DNA from: Planctomycetota bacterium
GTDB lineage: Bacteria; Planctomycetota; GCA-002687715; DRQF01
Reading direction: 5' to 3'
DNA length: 53,070 bases
NCBI GenBank assembly: GCA_036479435.1
Contig: JAZGFI010000174.1
Location: forward strand, 1 to 53,070
This document shows, in pieces, positions 1-8,944 of the stretch (position 1 is the stretch's first letter; each line of letters begins with the position of its first letter). The notes under the pieces are model-generated. The model did not search any database. It was not told the DNA's origin and saw only the letters and a list, made by a program, of their open reading frames with translations. A program made the position numbers and the translations under genes.

Positions 1-191
1 CTAGATCAAAGTGGATGCGAATTTGCTTTTTGTCTACGACGAAACAAAAGTCGTTGAAAACGGCCTCGAAATGAGGGTTACGGGAGGTTCGCCTCAGTCA
101 CTTTTTCTCGATGCGGAATCGCTGCGGCCCTCCGGGCAGCCGCAGTTGCCATGGCCCGGATAGGGGGCCCTGACGGGGGCCTGGAATGGCC

Positions 192-224
192 AAAAAGAAA
201 GCCCGACCCAAGGATGGGACGGGC
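192..224 (-). terminator. Probable intrinsic terminator downstream of the EF-hand gene
   Basis: GCCCGACCCA-agga-TGGGACGGGC stem (one mismatch) preceded on + by AAAAAGAAA, which is a U-rich tail on the - strand. Confidence 0.65.
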
Positions 225-255
225 TAAGGATTGGAATGGGCCGGAGAAAGCCAGC

Positions 256-975
256 TTAGACGTCGCGCGGCGGCTTCTTGTCTGTTGCGCCCCGGCGGCG
301 GCGACCTAGCTCTTTGCCAGCCGCCTTGCGCTCGGCATCGTCGAGCTTGCCGTCACCGTTCGTGTCGAATTTCTTGAGCCGCTCAGCTTGCCGGTTGCCT
401 CGGCCTTCCCTGCGACGCTTCCCTAGCTCCTTGCCCATGGCTTCGCGTTCGGCTTTGTCGAGTTTGCCGTCACCGTTTTTGTCGAACTTCTTGAGGAGGT
501 CGGCGCGGTTGCCACGACGTCCTTCGCCGCGACGGCTGCCAAGCTCTTTTCGCATGGCTTCTTTTTCGGCCTTATCGAGGGTGCCGTCGCCGTTCTTGTC
601 AAAGCGTTTTAGGCGATCACGATTTCGGCCGTTTCGCCGCCCGCCGCGCTCGCCCGGCTTGTCCCCGGTTTTCGAGCGCGCTTTGCGCATCGCTTCTCGC
701 TCGGCCTTGTCGAGCTTGCCATCTCCGTTTTTGTCGAATTCTTTGATGCCCTTGCCGCGCCTGCCGCCGCCGCGGCGATCGCCGATGGCATCTTGCATAG
801 CTTTCTTTTCGCTGGGGTCGAGCTTGCCGTCACCATTTTTGTCGAAGCGCTCAAGCAGCTTGCCGCGGCGATTCTTGGGGGCACCTTTGCCCTCACCTTT
901 GTCCTGGGCGCTGCCCGTTGGTGCCGCAAACGCGATCAGAGCCAGGGCGAAAAGACCGAGCGTGAAATTCTTCAT
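256..975 (-). CDS. Secreted EF-hand repeat protein (5 EF-hand loops, Arg/Lys/Gly-rich linkers)
   Basis: Signal peptide [18 protein letters not shown]. Five FD(K/T)NGDG(K/T)LDxxE loops. AAGGA lies upstream of ATG 975, so it is preferred over 993. Confidence 0.85.
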   Translation of the reverse strand: MKNFTLGLFALALIAFAAPTGSAQDKGEGKGAPKNRRGKLLERFDKNGDGKLDPSEKKAMQDAIGDRRGGGRRGKGIKEFDKNGDGKLDKAEREAMRKARSKTGDKPGERGGRRNGRNRDRLKRFDKNGDGTLDKAEKEAMRKELGSRRGEGRRGNRADLLKKFDKNGDGKLDKAEREAMGKELGKRRREGRGNRQAERLKKFDTNGDGKLDDAERKAAGKELGRRRRGATDKKPPRDV

Positions 976-1098
976 GAATGAGTTCCTTTGCATGGTGAAA
1001 GCCGCTTGGGCTTTATCCTCAAGTAACCATTCAACCCTGAATTCGACTTTGGGTTGCGCTGTGGCCCCGGATTTTCTCGAAGGCCATCAAATATAGGC

Positions 1099-2076
1099 TT
1101 AGAGCTTGAGCAACGCCGTGAATCCCGCCGGGAGGCGCAACTGGGGATTCAGAATCTGGAAGCGGCAGCGGAAAGTACGAGTTGCGGGATCGATGAGAGG
1201 GTCGATCGACAACAAGGTCGCTTCGAGGTCTTCGTACACGGGCGCACCCGCCGCGATGAGCCGCCGGTCACCGACCTTCAGCTGGCCGAAGTATTCGATT
1301 GGAAGGTGAAGGTCGATGTAGAGTTCTGCCAATGAGACCAAGGTCCCAAAATCCGATTGTGAGTTCTGGGCCGCTCCCGGTTCTGCGACGAGCCGAGTCA
1401 AGACGCCATCGAAGGGGGCCAGTACGCGGTACTGGCCGAGGCGTGCTTCTTCGAGCTCCAGTAGCCTTTGGGCGCGGGTCGCATCTTCATTTGCGGTCAA
1501 GACCGCGGCGAGTGCCTTGGCGTGCCGGGCACGGGCTTCGTCGAGGTCGACTTCTGGGACCGCGCCAATCTTATCGATCTTCTCGAGCCGGGCGACCTGG
1601 CGTGCGGCGGTTTCAACTTCGCCCTCGGCTTGTTCGATGGCGCCGCGGCGGAGCGCCGTTGACTTGGCAGATGCCAAGGCGGCTCGTGCAACCGTGTCGT
1701 TGAGTCGGCCGAGCTCTTGGCCCGCTTTGACGTACTGGCCCTCGCGAACGATGACTGTGGCCATGACTCCATCCAAGGCGGGGGAGATTTCGACTCGCCG
1801 TGACGGTTGGGCGACGCCCGGGAGCATGAGGAGGTCGATCGACTCGAGATGATCGCCCTCACCGTGGATTGCATCAGCCGCCGCACCGACACCGACACGA
1901 GCGCTCAAGCCAAAGGTCGGCTGCGGTCGTGCATTCTGGCGTTGCGGGTTTGAACTATCTGATCCGGAATGCTGCTGAGGTACGACGGTCCCGAAAGTTG
2001 GGTCCGTCGCGAGACCTGGTTGCGGCATCGAACCACTGGCGAATAGCAGACCGGTGATGACAAGCAAAAACTTCAT
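1099..2076 (-). CDS. Periplasmic adaptor / membrane fusion protein (RND/HlyD MFP family)
   Basis: Lipoyl-like halves (ISPALDGVMATVIVREGQYVKAGQ...VLAPFDGVL), a coiled hairpin, and C-terminal IDPATRTFRCR...LPAG. Confidence 0.9.
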   Translation of the reverse strand: MKFLLVITGLLFASGSMPQPGLATDPTFGTVVPQQHSGSDSSNPQRQNARPQPTFGLSARVGVGAAADAIHGEGDHLESIDLLMLPGVAQPSRRVEISPALDGVMATVIVREGQYVKAGQELGRLNDTVARAALASAKSTALRRGAIEQAEGEVETAARQVARLEKIDKIGAVPEVDLDEARARHAKALAAVLTANEDATRAQRLLELEEARLGQYRVLAPFDGVLTRLVAEPGAAQNSQSDFGTLVSLAELYIDLHLPIEYFGQLKVGDRRLIAAGAPVYEDLEATLLSIDPLIDPATRTFRCRFQILNPQLRLPAGFTALLKL

Positions 2077-2079
2077 GGT

Positions 2080-4209
2080 TCATCTCGTCCTAATTCGATC
2101 GGTGAATCGCACGATGCGGCGGTATAGGTGTTCGGCAATCGGCTTGGGGCGGCCTTCGAGTTCGAGTTTTAGGCGCATGCCACGCATGAGAGCCTCGGAG
2201 TCTTCATGGCCAAGGCACATGGTTAGTACGAAGTGGCTTACGTCGGCCTCGCCGGTGGCGGGATTGACCACGATGGCGCCGCCGCCAAGCTGCGTCAGTG
2301 ACTGGTTTTCGATGAGGCGGTTCGCAGCCGGGGCGATCGCGACGACTTTTCCGTGGCGAATTCGGCTGGGGTCGGCGAAGCTTCGGTACTGAAGTCGGTC
2401 GCCCTTGGTGACCGCCGATTCCGCCAGAGCTTCGGCCTCGACGAAGAAGCGCGCAACCAAGGGCCCGCTGCCAATCGTCGCGATCTCGCTGCCGCGTCGC
2501 AAGAATCGCCCCCGGTCGTCGGCGTTTAGCACGGTGACGATGACTCCCGCATTTGGGCTCTTGAGTCTAAGCTCGTCGCGCCGTTCCGCGCTGCTCTTGG
2601 CGATGGAAGCGAGGTTGTTGCGCCGTGCCAGATCTGCACGTGCCAATGATGGCTCACTGAGCTGGGTAGACTGGAACTGATAGTCCGCAACTTTGAGTCG
2701 CGCGAAGTCCTCCCGGGCCAGCCCTTCGATGTCGACGTTTTCGAGCTTGGCAATGGCGTCTCCCGGTCGAAGATCTTGGCCTGCGCTAACGTTGAGTTCA
2801 CTCAAAAACCCCGATTGCTGGACGCGGATGACCGATTCGGTTTCCATTTCGGTGCTGCCGTCTGCGCGCAGGGTTCGACCCAGCGGCCACAAAGAAAGCA
2901 GTGCCGGCGTTCCAAAGAACACGAGAATGGCGACCGCAACGCAGCGACTGCGCGCGGCCTTGGTGTCGGGCGAGAGGAACAGGTGTTTGATGGTGGTACT
3001 GGTCGTCTGCCACAGAGTCGAAGCGAGGTAGAAGGTCACCAAAGCCAGACCCAGATAGTAGGCCTTCATCGCGATAACCGTGCAAAGCCCGATGATCAGA
3101 AAGAACTTGTAGATGATCGATCCCAGACCGTAGCTCGCGAGGACGAGCCTCAGCAGAGGCCGGAACCGAGGCTTTTCTTGCGGCAGTCCCAAGATGAAGC
3201 GATCGAACAGTCGGCGCATTTGATCCTGAGCTCGCGCCCGCAAGTTTGGCACGGCGAGCAAGTCCGCAAAGATGTAGTAGCCGTCAAATCTCATCAGGGG
3301 ATTCAGGTTGAATCCAATGGTGACGACGCTCGCCAAGATGAAAACTTGGTACGCCATCGAGTTGGCGAATGAGCCCGGCGTGAAGGCCCAAAAGGCAAGG
3401 GCAGCCATGGCGACGATGGATTCGAAGTACATCCCTGCCATGCTCACGATGATCCGTTCGCGTTTGCTCTCGAATCCCCAGGCGGCACTGGCATCGACGT
3501 AGGCACAGGGTGATCCGACGATGAAGATCACGCCGATCTCGGGTACGGAGCCGCCAAATAGCTTGCAGGCGAAACCGTGCCCCGATTCGTGAATGAGTTT
3601 CAGGGCAATTAGTGAACCCCAGGTCCAAAGGAGGTTGTCGGAGTCGACAATTGCCGTGATCGGAGATTCAAGATCTGACCAGCGGGTGGCGATGATCCAG
3701 GCCGAGAACGCCATTCCTGCGGCCCAGATGGCGAGAAATCCGCGACTGAAAAAGTAGCGGCCGGCCACCATCGTGTGACTCAGAATCTTGTCTGGCGATC
3801 CGATAGACAACCTCAGAAAGAGGAAGCCCAAGACTTTCTGTAGCAAGCGAGCCCGCTGTTTTCGCTTGTATCGATCGTAGAGTGTTTTCTCGTCCGAAAT
3901 CGGGAGGTTTAGCAGTCCCTGTTGGTGCAGTCCGAGGATGAAGCGATAAAAGCTCTCTTCCTCGTCGCGTTTGATTTCACTTTGTTCGACGAGGTCATCG
4001 AAGACGTCGCCCAAGGGACGGAGGCCGTCGATGGCGGCGACAACCTGGTAGTCGTCGGGGGCCAAGGCGAGAGTCTGCGAGGTCAGGGGATCGCGGAGGA
4101 TGTAAGTGACTTCATCTTGGAAGATGTCGCGGTTGACAGCGATGTCGCGACGGACCGAGACGACGACCGCTGACAGGCGTTCCGCAAGTTGTCCGGCCGG
4201 GGCGCCCAC
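2080..4209 (-). CDS. Site-2 protease (M50) domain fused to a HlyD-like adaptor domain
   Basis: HESGH (HExxH) and NLNPLMRFDGYY (NxxPxxxxDG) motifs, several TM segments, C-terminal lipoyl/hairpin region. Lies 3 nt from the neighbouring gene on each side. Confidence 0.88.
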   Translation of the reverse strand: MGAPAGQLAERLSAVVVSVRRDIAVNRDIFQDEVTYILRDPLTSQTLALAPDDYQVVAAIDGLRPLGDVFDDLVEQSEIKRDEEESFYRFILGLHQQGLLNLPISDEKTLYDRYKRKQRARLLQKVLGFLFLRLSIGSPDKILSHTMVAGRYFFSRGFLAIWAAGMAFSAWIIATRWSDLESPITAIVDSDNLLWTWGSLIALKLIHESGHGFACKLFGGSVPEIGVIFIVGSPCAYVDASAAWGFESKRERIIVSMAGMYFESIVAMAALAFWAFTPGSFANSMAYQVFILASVVTIGFNLNPLMRFDGYYIFADLLAVPNLRARAQDQMRRLFDRFILGLPQEKPRFRPLLRLVLASYGLGSIIYKFFLIIGLCTVIAMKAYYLGLALVTFYLASTLWQTTSTTIKHLFLSPDTKAARSRCVAVAILVFFGTPALLSLWPLGRTLRADGSTEMETESVIRVQQSGFLSELNVSAGQDLRPGDAIAKLENVDIEGLAREDFARLKVADYQFQSTQLSEPSLARADLARRNNLASIAKSSAERRDELRLKSPNAGVIVTVLNADDRGRFLRRGSEIATIGSGPLVARFFVEAEALAESAVTKGDRLQYRSFADPSRIRHGKVVAIAPAANRLIENQSLTQLGGGAIVVNPATGEADVSHFVLTMCLGHEDSEALMRGMRLKLELEGRPKPIAEHLYRRIVRFTDRIRTR

Positions 4210-4212
4210 GGA

Positions 4213-6162
4213 CTAGAGCCCGTATTCGAGCTGGAGCCAGGCGATGGCCCGGTTCGAAACCAGCCACCATACTTTTCGGTGACCCACCTCCAGTCGGCTG
4301 ACGCCTTCCAAGCCGGGTCTTAGCCATGCCGAATCCTCGCCGATGGCGAGGCTTGCTTCGGCGACGAAGACGTTTTTGCCGTCGACGATCTCCGCCGATG
4401 GCCGCACTCTCGTGATGATGAGCTTCAGTGGGGATTCCGGTCGGGCGTTGGTGGCAAAGACGCCTTCCATGCCCGGTTTCAGGTCGAGAATGTCTGATTC
4501 GGGGATGGCGAGTTCTAAGCGCCGCTGCCGGTCCGGCGCGATCTCGAAAAGTGGCTCGCCTTGGGAAATGAGGTCGCCGATACGGGGCCTTAGATCTCCG
4601 GAGATAATCATGCCATCTTGGCTGGCGCGTGCCGTCGCCCGCAGAATGCGGCGATCGATCGTCGCGACCTGCACCCGGAGTACCTCTTGCCGGCGCCGCG
4701 CGATCGTGGCATCCACTCTGCGGCCTTCTGCAAGCGCGCGATCGATCTCGACGGTCAACACCGCAGTTTCGCTCTCAAACTGGGTCTTTTGCAGTTGCAG
4801 CTCTCGGGTGTCGAATCGGTAAAGCAGGTCTCCGGTCTTGACGCGGTCACCGACTCGGTAAGGAGCTTCCATGAGGCGGCCTTCGAAGGGCGCCGCGCTG
4901 TGTTGCACTTCGCCCGGACGTAGGGTCGTCGCCGCTGGGATGCGGTAGGGCAGGGTGCCGAAGCACAGAAACAGAATTCCCGCGGTGACGGCCACCAGGG
5001 CGAACTTGTGGGCGATGGCCCGGCCGCTACCAAGCCAAGCGAACGCGGTTAGCAAGCGACGGAGCCCGTGGCGGGCGAGCCCCTGATTGGCGCGCTCGAC
5101 GAGGGCAAAGGCGCTGCCGTAGGGCTTGACCAACTCTTCGATCTTAGTCGCTTCGTCTGGGCTGAAAGGGTCTTTGGCGTCGCGCTGAAGCGTGATGGCT
5201 CCCACGACCTTGTCGCCGTGGAGCAAAGGCAAGGTGGCAACGCTGGCCGAGCCGTAGGAGTCGTGCCACTGGCGGTGTATGCGATGCTGTGTACTGAGAG
5301 CTTCGTCTGCCCACTTGCCATCGTTTTGCACAAAGATCGCGCGCCCGCGATCAAAGCACTCTCCCATCGCCTCGCGTAGGTGACGGGTCGCTGGGCAGTT
5401 GGGTTTGGTTTCGTCCACCCCAGATATGGAGATGATGCGAGCCCGCCCGTTGTAGTTGATCCCCATGGTGACCTGTTCGCAGTTTGTCTTGGCGCGCAGG
5501 TTGTTGGTCAAAGCGAATGCAAACTGGCGGATGCTCTCGTAGTCTTCCGCCTTGGCAATGGCCGCGTTCGCGGCTTCAGCGCGGACCTGCGCCGCCTTGT
5601 CATCCGGTGCCGGCGGTGCCAAATCATCTAACACGATGGCGAGGTCTTGGAGGTCCTGGATTTTTTTGCGCGCGTCGGTCTTGTCGCTAACGCGGGCAAC
5701 CAGGGCGAGAGTTCCGTTGCGGTCGCAGCAGGCAATGCCCAGTGGTATGGCAGTGGCGAGCCAGGTGTCGCGGGAGGGGCCGGCGAGAATTCGAGCTTTC
5801 AGGACGCCGTCGGCTTGGCAATCGAGCTGCAGGGCGGCGACGGGGCGGCGCCAAGTCTCGAAGTCTTGATTGGGATCTTCGAACTTTTCGCAGATCTCAG
5901 AGCCACTCAAGCTGAGCTTGAGTGCAGAACAGGGCGCACCATAGTGTCGCGACACCACGGCCAAAGCCTCACGCCAGTAACGCGTGAATCCCGGCTTGCG
6001 CGCTGATAGGGCGCGTAGCGAATCTCGCAGATCGGTTTGGTTTCGCCGCGAGGGTTGCACTTGGTCCGGCGACGGCGTCGCTATCGCTGATTCACCCTCA
6101 AGTTGAGAAGAGGGGATCTTGCCTTCAGTTACCTTGTCGTCTAGTGCCGGTTGTTTGCTCAT
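4213..6162 (-). CDS. GAF-domain HlyD-family adaptor protein
   Basis: GAF-like region (SVATLPLLHGDKVVGAITLQR...PFSPDE), one TM segment, then AAPFEGRL...VGDRVKTGDLL lipoyl/hairpin and a beta-barrel ending LRPGLEG. Confidence 0.85.
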   Translation of the reverse strand: MSKQPALDDKVTEGKIPSSQLEGESAIATPSPDQVQPSRRNQTDLRDSLRALSARKPGFTRYWREALAVVSRHYGAPCSALKLSLSGSEICEKFEDPNQDFETWRRPVAALQLDCQADGVLKARILAGPSRDTWLATAIPLGIACCDRNGTLALVARVSDKTDARKKIQDLQDLAIVLDDLAPPAPDDKAAQVRAEAANAAIAKAEDYESIRQFAFALTNNLRAKTNCEQVTMGINYNGRARIISISGVDETKPNCPATRHLREAMGECFDRGRAIFVQNDGKWADEALSTQHRIHRQWHDSYGSASVATLPLLHGDKVVGAITLQRDAKDPFSPDEATKIEELVKPYGSAFALVERANQGLARHGLRRLLTAFAWLGSGRAIAHKFALVAVTAGILFLCFGTLPYRIPAATTLRPGEVQHSAAPFEGRLMEAPYRVGDRVKTGDLLYRFDTRELQLQKTQFESETAVLTVEIDRALAEGRRVDATIARRRQEVLRVQVATIDRRILRATARASQDGMIISGDLRPRIGDLISQGEPLFEIAPDRQRRLELAIPESDILDLKPGMEGVFATNARPESPLKLIITRVRPSAEIVDGKNVFVAEASLAIGEDSAWLRPGLEGVSRLEVGHRKVWWLVSNRAIAWLQLEYGL

Positions 6163-6171
6163 GTTGCGATA

Positions 6172-6600
6172 CTAGATCAGAGACCCATCTAGGGTGTCTT
6201 CGGGCAACAAGGCACTCACGTCCAAGGAACCAAAAAAAGCGAACCCGGTTTCAAACGCGCTGTCGTTGACCAAGCGACTCCGCATGCAGCGGGCCATAAC
6301 CGGAGCGAGATCAAGTGTCTCTCGATCAAAAACCAGCTGAACGATGTCCCCGGGGCAGATTGGGCGGGAGAACAAAATCTGGCAGCCACCCTCGGAGATG
6401 TCTCCCGTCACGCCGACGACGCCTCGATTTTGGCGATCGCGAATATTGGCCGCAAAGGCCTCGACCCGAGCCTTGATCGTGATGCGGGTCGAAGACCGTT
6501 GGGCCTTGATCGCCTCCGGCACGTTGCGCTCAAGCTCCACGAGGAGCTCAACGGTGTCCGGATCATCAGCCCGACTAGATCGGCTGTTTACATCAAACAT
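6172..6600 (-). CDS. Stand-alone PilZ domain protein (c-di-GMP receptor)
   Basis: RSSTR (RxxxR) and DISEGG (DxSxxG) motifs. The start could also be 6660. Confidence 0.85.
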   Translation of the reverse strand: MFDVNSRSSRADDPDTVELLVELERNVPEAIKAQRSSTRITIKARVEAFAANIRDRQNRGVVGVTGDISEGGCQILFSRPICPGDIVQLVFDRETLDLAPVMARCMRSRLVNDSAFETGFAFFGSLDVSALLPEDTLDGSLI

Positions 6601-6863
6601 TGGGCATTCCCTCGCCGCAACCCGCAAGCTGCGGTCAAGATCTCCGCACCGGGTCTTCATACTTTTCCCAGGGCTCGTATCGACTTGGAGTCATCTTCGC
6701 TTGCAGTGCGGGCGATTACCCAGCGAGCGGCCCAAAGACGGGGGAAGGGTGGTGGAAAACCCAGTTTTGCCGCCGACACCCTCAAGTTTGACCCCCGATT
6801 TGGCCGAGTATTGATGCATAGGCTGTCTATTGCAGTCTTTGGTTTCGAACGGCTGAGTGTGTC

Positions 6864-8153
6864 ATGCCCCCCATTCGCTCTGGAAAACCCAAGCCCAATA
6901 GAATCGACCACGGTCGGTCCCCGGGGCTCGCTCCGCGGGTCGCCAACTGGGGGCGGTCTTGGGTTCGATGGCCTTGGGACCGTCGGCGGGATCGAGAGTG
7001 GCGGCTTCGAGGCGACGCGACTCGCGGTCATCATGATGCTGACCGGACCCGAGTCGACTACCGAGCTTTTCGAATCGCGTTGACGGCCTGCTTCTTGATT
7101 TTTGGGCTCCTTAGTGCCTGGCTGTTGATTAACGCCATGGGCCTCCGCGAGGAAGCTCGGGTCCTCGACGTGCGAGATTCTCAACTGAAGGACATCAAGG
7201 CGGATTTGTTGGCCTACGTTATGGCTGCCAATCACGATCAGCCGGAGCTTCGGCATGCCTTCCATCTCAAGTTGCGGGCTTGGTGCGAAGCTGAGTCGGA
7301 GTGGTTGGGGGAGGAGACGAGCCAAGCTTTTCAAAGTCCCCCGCGACTCGATTCCCACTACTCCGGTTTTTTGACCGCCGCCCACCGCCGAATCTCCGTG
7401 GAGCGACGGCGAGTTGCTGAAGCCATGGCCGCTCGCTGGTGGAATCTCTACGTCATCGTGTTGATTGCCCTCGGACTGGCCGTCGTTGCGCTCGTCCTCG
7501 TCAACCGCAACCTTCGGGCTCGTGTTCGGATCGCTGACCTCTACTTCCAAGCGACACGTGATCCGATGACTGGGGGACTTAATCGCGCTGCGGTGTTGGA
7601 AGATGGGAATCGCAATCTTGAGCGTTGTCAACGTGAAGGGCGACCGATGGCGGTGATGCTCGTTGACTTGGATCACTTTAAAGCCGTCAATGACACTTTC
7701 GGTCACGCGGCTGGCGATCGCGTCATTCAACTCAGCGCTGAGCGCTTGACGAACAACATCCGCGCCTATGATTCTGCGGGGCGATACGGCGGTGACGAAT
7801 TCTTGTTGGTCTTGCCCTTTGCGGATCTTGAGGAAACGAAGATGATCGCCGAGCGACTCAGCCGCGCTTTCGCCGAGCCGATTCGCCAGCCGGGGATGCC
7901 TCAGTTCGCTACCGCGTCCATTGGTGCCAGCGTGGCCCTAAGACCGGGCATCACGCTCGAAGAGCTCATCGCCACGGCGGACCGGGCCCTCTATCGGCGC
8001 AAGGCCAAAGGCCGAAATGGTTGGGATGTCGAGGTGGCGACGCCGCGGAAGCCGGCCGGCTCTGAGCCCTTGATGCTCGATAAGGTCAAAATTGATGCGG
8101 TCGAGCCCAAGGCCGTCGCCGCAAAATCCGCCATCGCAGCGGGGCCCGAGTAG
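6864..8153 (+). CDS. Membrane-bound diguanylate cyclase (GGDEF)
   Basis: Two TM helices flank a ~100-aa loop. DLDHFKAVNDTFGH, intact RYGGDEF and an RAYD I-site. Start uncertain. Confidence 0.92.
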   Translation: MPPIRSGKPKPNRIDHGRSPGLAPRVANWGRSWVRWPWDRRRDREWRLRGDATRGHHDADRTRVDYRAFRIALTACFLIFGLLSAWLLINAMGLREEARVLDVRDSQLKDIKADLLAYVMAANHDQPELRHAFHLKLRAWCEAESEWLGEETSQAFQSPPRLDSHYSGFLTAAHRRISVERRRVAEAMAARWWNLYVIVLIALGLAVVALVLVNRNLRARVRIADLYFQATRDPMTGGLNRAAVLEDGNRNLERCQREGRPMAVMLVDLDHFKAVNDTFGHAAGDRVIQLSAERLTNNIRAYDSAGRYGGDEFLLVLPFADLEETKMIAERLSRAFAEPIRQPGMPQFATASIGASVALRPGITLEELIATADRALYRRKAKGRNGWDVEVATPRKPAGSEPLMLDKVKIDAVEPKAVAAKSAIAAGPE

Positions 8154-8162
8154 GGACCCCAG

Positions 8163-8564
8163 TTACTCGGGGATCGGCGCCACGGTTGCGGCGAGGAAAA
8201 AGCGACCGATCTTGGCGTGAAAACGTCGCTTATCTTCGGTTTCCATCTCGTAGCTTCCCTCCATCGTCCCCCAATTTGTGGGTAGCGGGCACCCACTGAC
8301 GTACTCGAAGGTTTCGCCGGGCATTAGGACGGGCTGCTCGCCGACGACGCCGGGGCCGCGAACTTCCTCGACCTCGTTCTCCGCGTCGCGGATAATCCAA
8401 TGCCGATTGAGCAGTTGGACCTGAATGTCGCCCTCGTTCGAGATCCGGACTCGATAGGAGTACACCCAGCGATCCTCTTCAGGATTCGACCGTTGTGGTT
8501 CGAACTGGGCCGCGACCCGGACTCGCACGCCTTCCGTGATTTCTTCTGAGTGTCCCGATTCCAT
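8163..8564 (-). CDS. apaG: ApaG / Co2+-Mg2+ efflux-associated protein
   Basis: YSYRVRISN...QLLNRHWII...VRGPGVVGEQP...YVSGCPLPTNWGTMEGSY. Start taken at MESGH (8564). Confidence 0.93.
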   Translation of the reverse strand: MESGHSEEITEGVRVRVAAQFEPQRSNPEEDRWVYSYRVRISNEGDIQVQLLNRHWIIRDAENEVEEVRGPGVVGEQPVLMPGETFEYVSGCPLPTNWGTMEGSYEMETEDKRRFHAKIGRFFLAATVAPIPE

Positions 8565-8673
8565 ACCCAACGATAGGCGCAGACGCGGTCTAGGCAAAGG
8601 GGTCTTATTCATTTCTGGTAAGGTCTTTCCCTCCAAGTCCTTGAGAACCGTCGAATCGCGAGATTGCGCACTT

Positions 8674-8943
8674 ATGGCGCGGATCGAATTCACTACGAAC
8701 ATTCAGCGCCATGTCGAGTGCCCGGTGGAGATACTCCTCGCGAGCACTCTTGACGAACTTTTGACCGCGTACTTTGCGCGTCATCCGCGGGCCCGTTCCT
8801 ATGTCTTAGACGATCAAGGCGCGTTGAGGCACCACATGGTGATCTTTGTCGATGGCAGCATGATCGACGACCGCGTTCACTTTTCGGAAGCCCTCATGGC
8901 CGAATCTGAAGTCCATGTTTTTCAGGCCCTGTCTGGAGGTTGA
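8674..8943 (+). CDS. MoaD/ThiS-family ubiquitin-like (beta-grasp) protein
   Basis: 89 aa ending in QALSGG, with the LDDQGALRHHMVIFVDG signature. Start at MARIEF. Confidence 0.88.
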   Translation: MARIEFTTNIQRHVECPVEILLASTLDELLTAYFARHPRARSYVLDDQGALRHHMVIFVDGSMIDDRVHFSEALMAESEVHVFQALSGG

Positions 8944-8944
8944 G

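Noticed and set aside
5..163. Open + frame at the window start (IKVDANLLFVYDE...WPG-stop)
   Set aside because: Preceded by an in-frame TAG at 2-4, short, and with no recognisable motif. It cannot be judged without upstream sequence.
278..1096. 272-aa Ser/Arg/Pro-rich + strand ORF with repeats
   Set aside because: Antisense shadow of the EF-hand repeat gene.
6600..6864. Possible c-di-GMP riboswitch between PilZ and GGDEF
   Set aside because: No GNRA tetraloop/receptor or GCAAA...GACGCAAAGC-type core found on either strand.
6657..7730. 357-aa - strand ORF
   Set aside because: Antisense to the GGDEF gene and no motifs.
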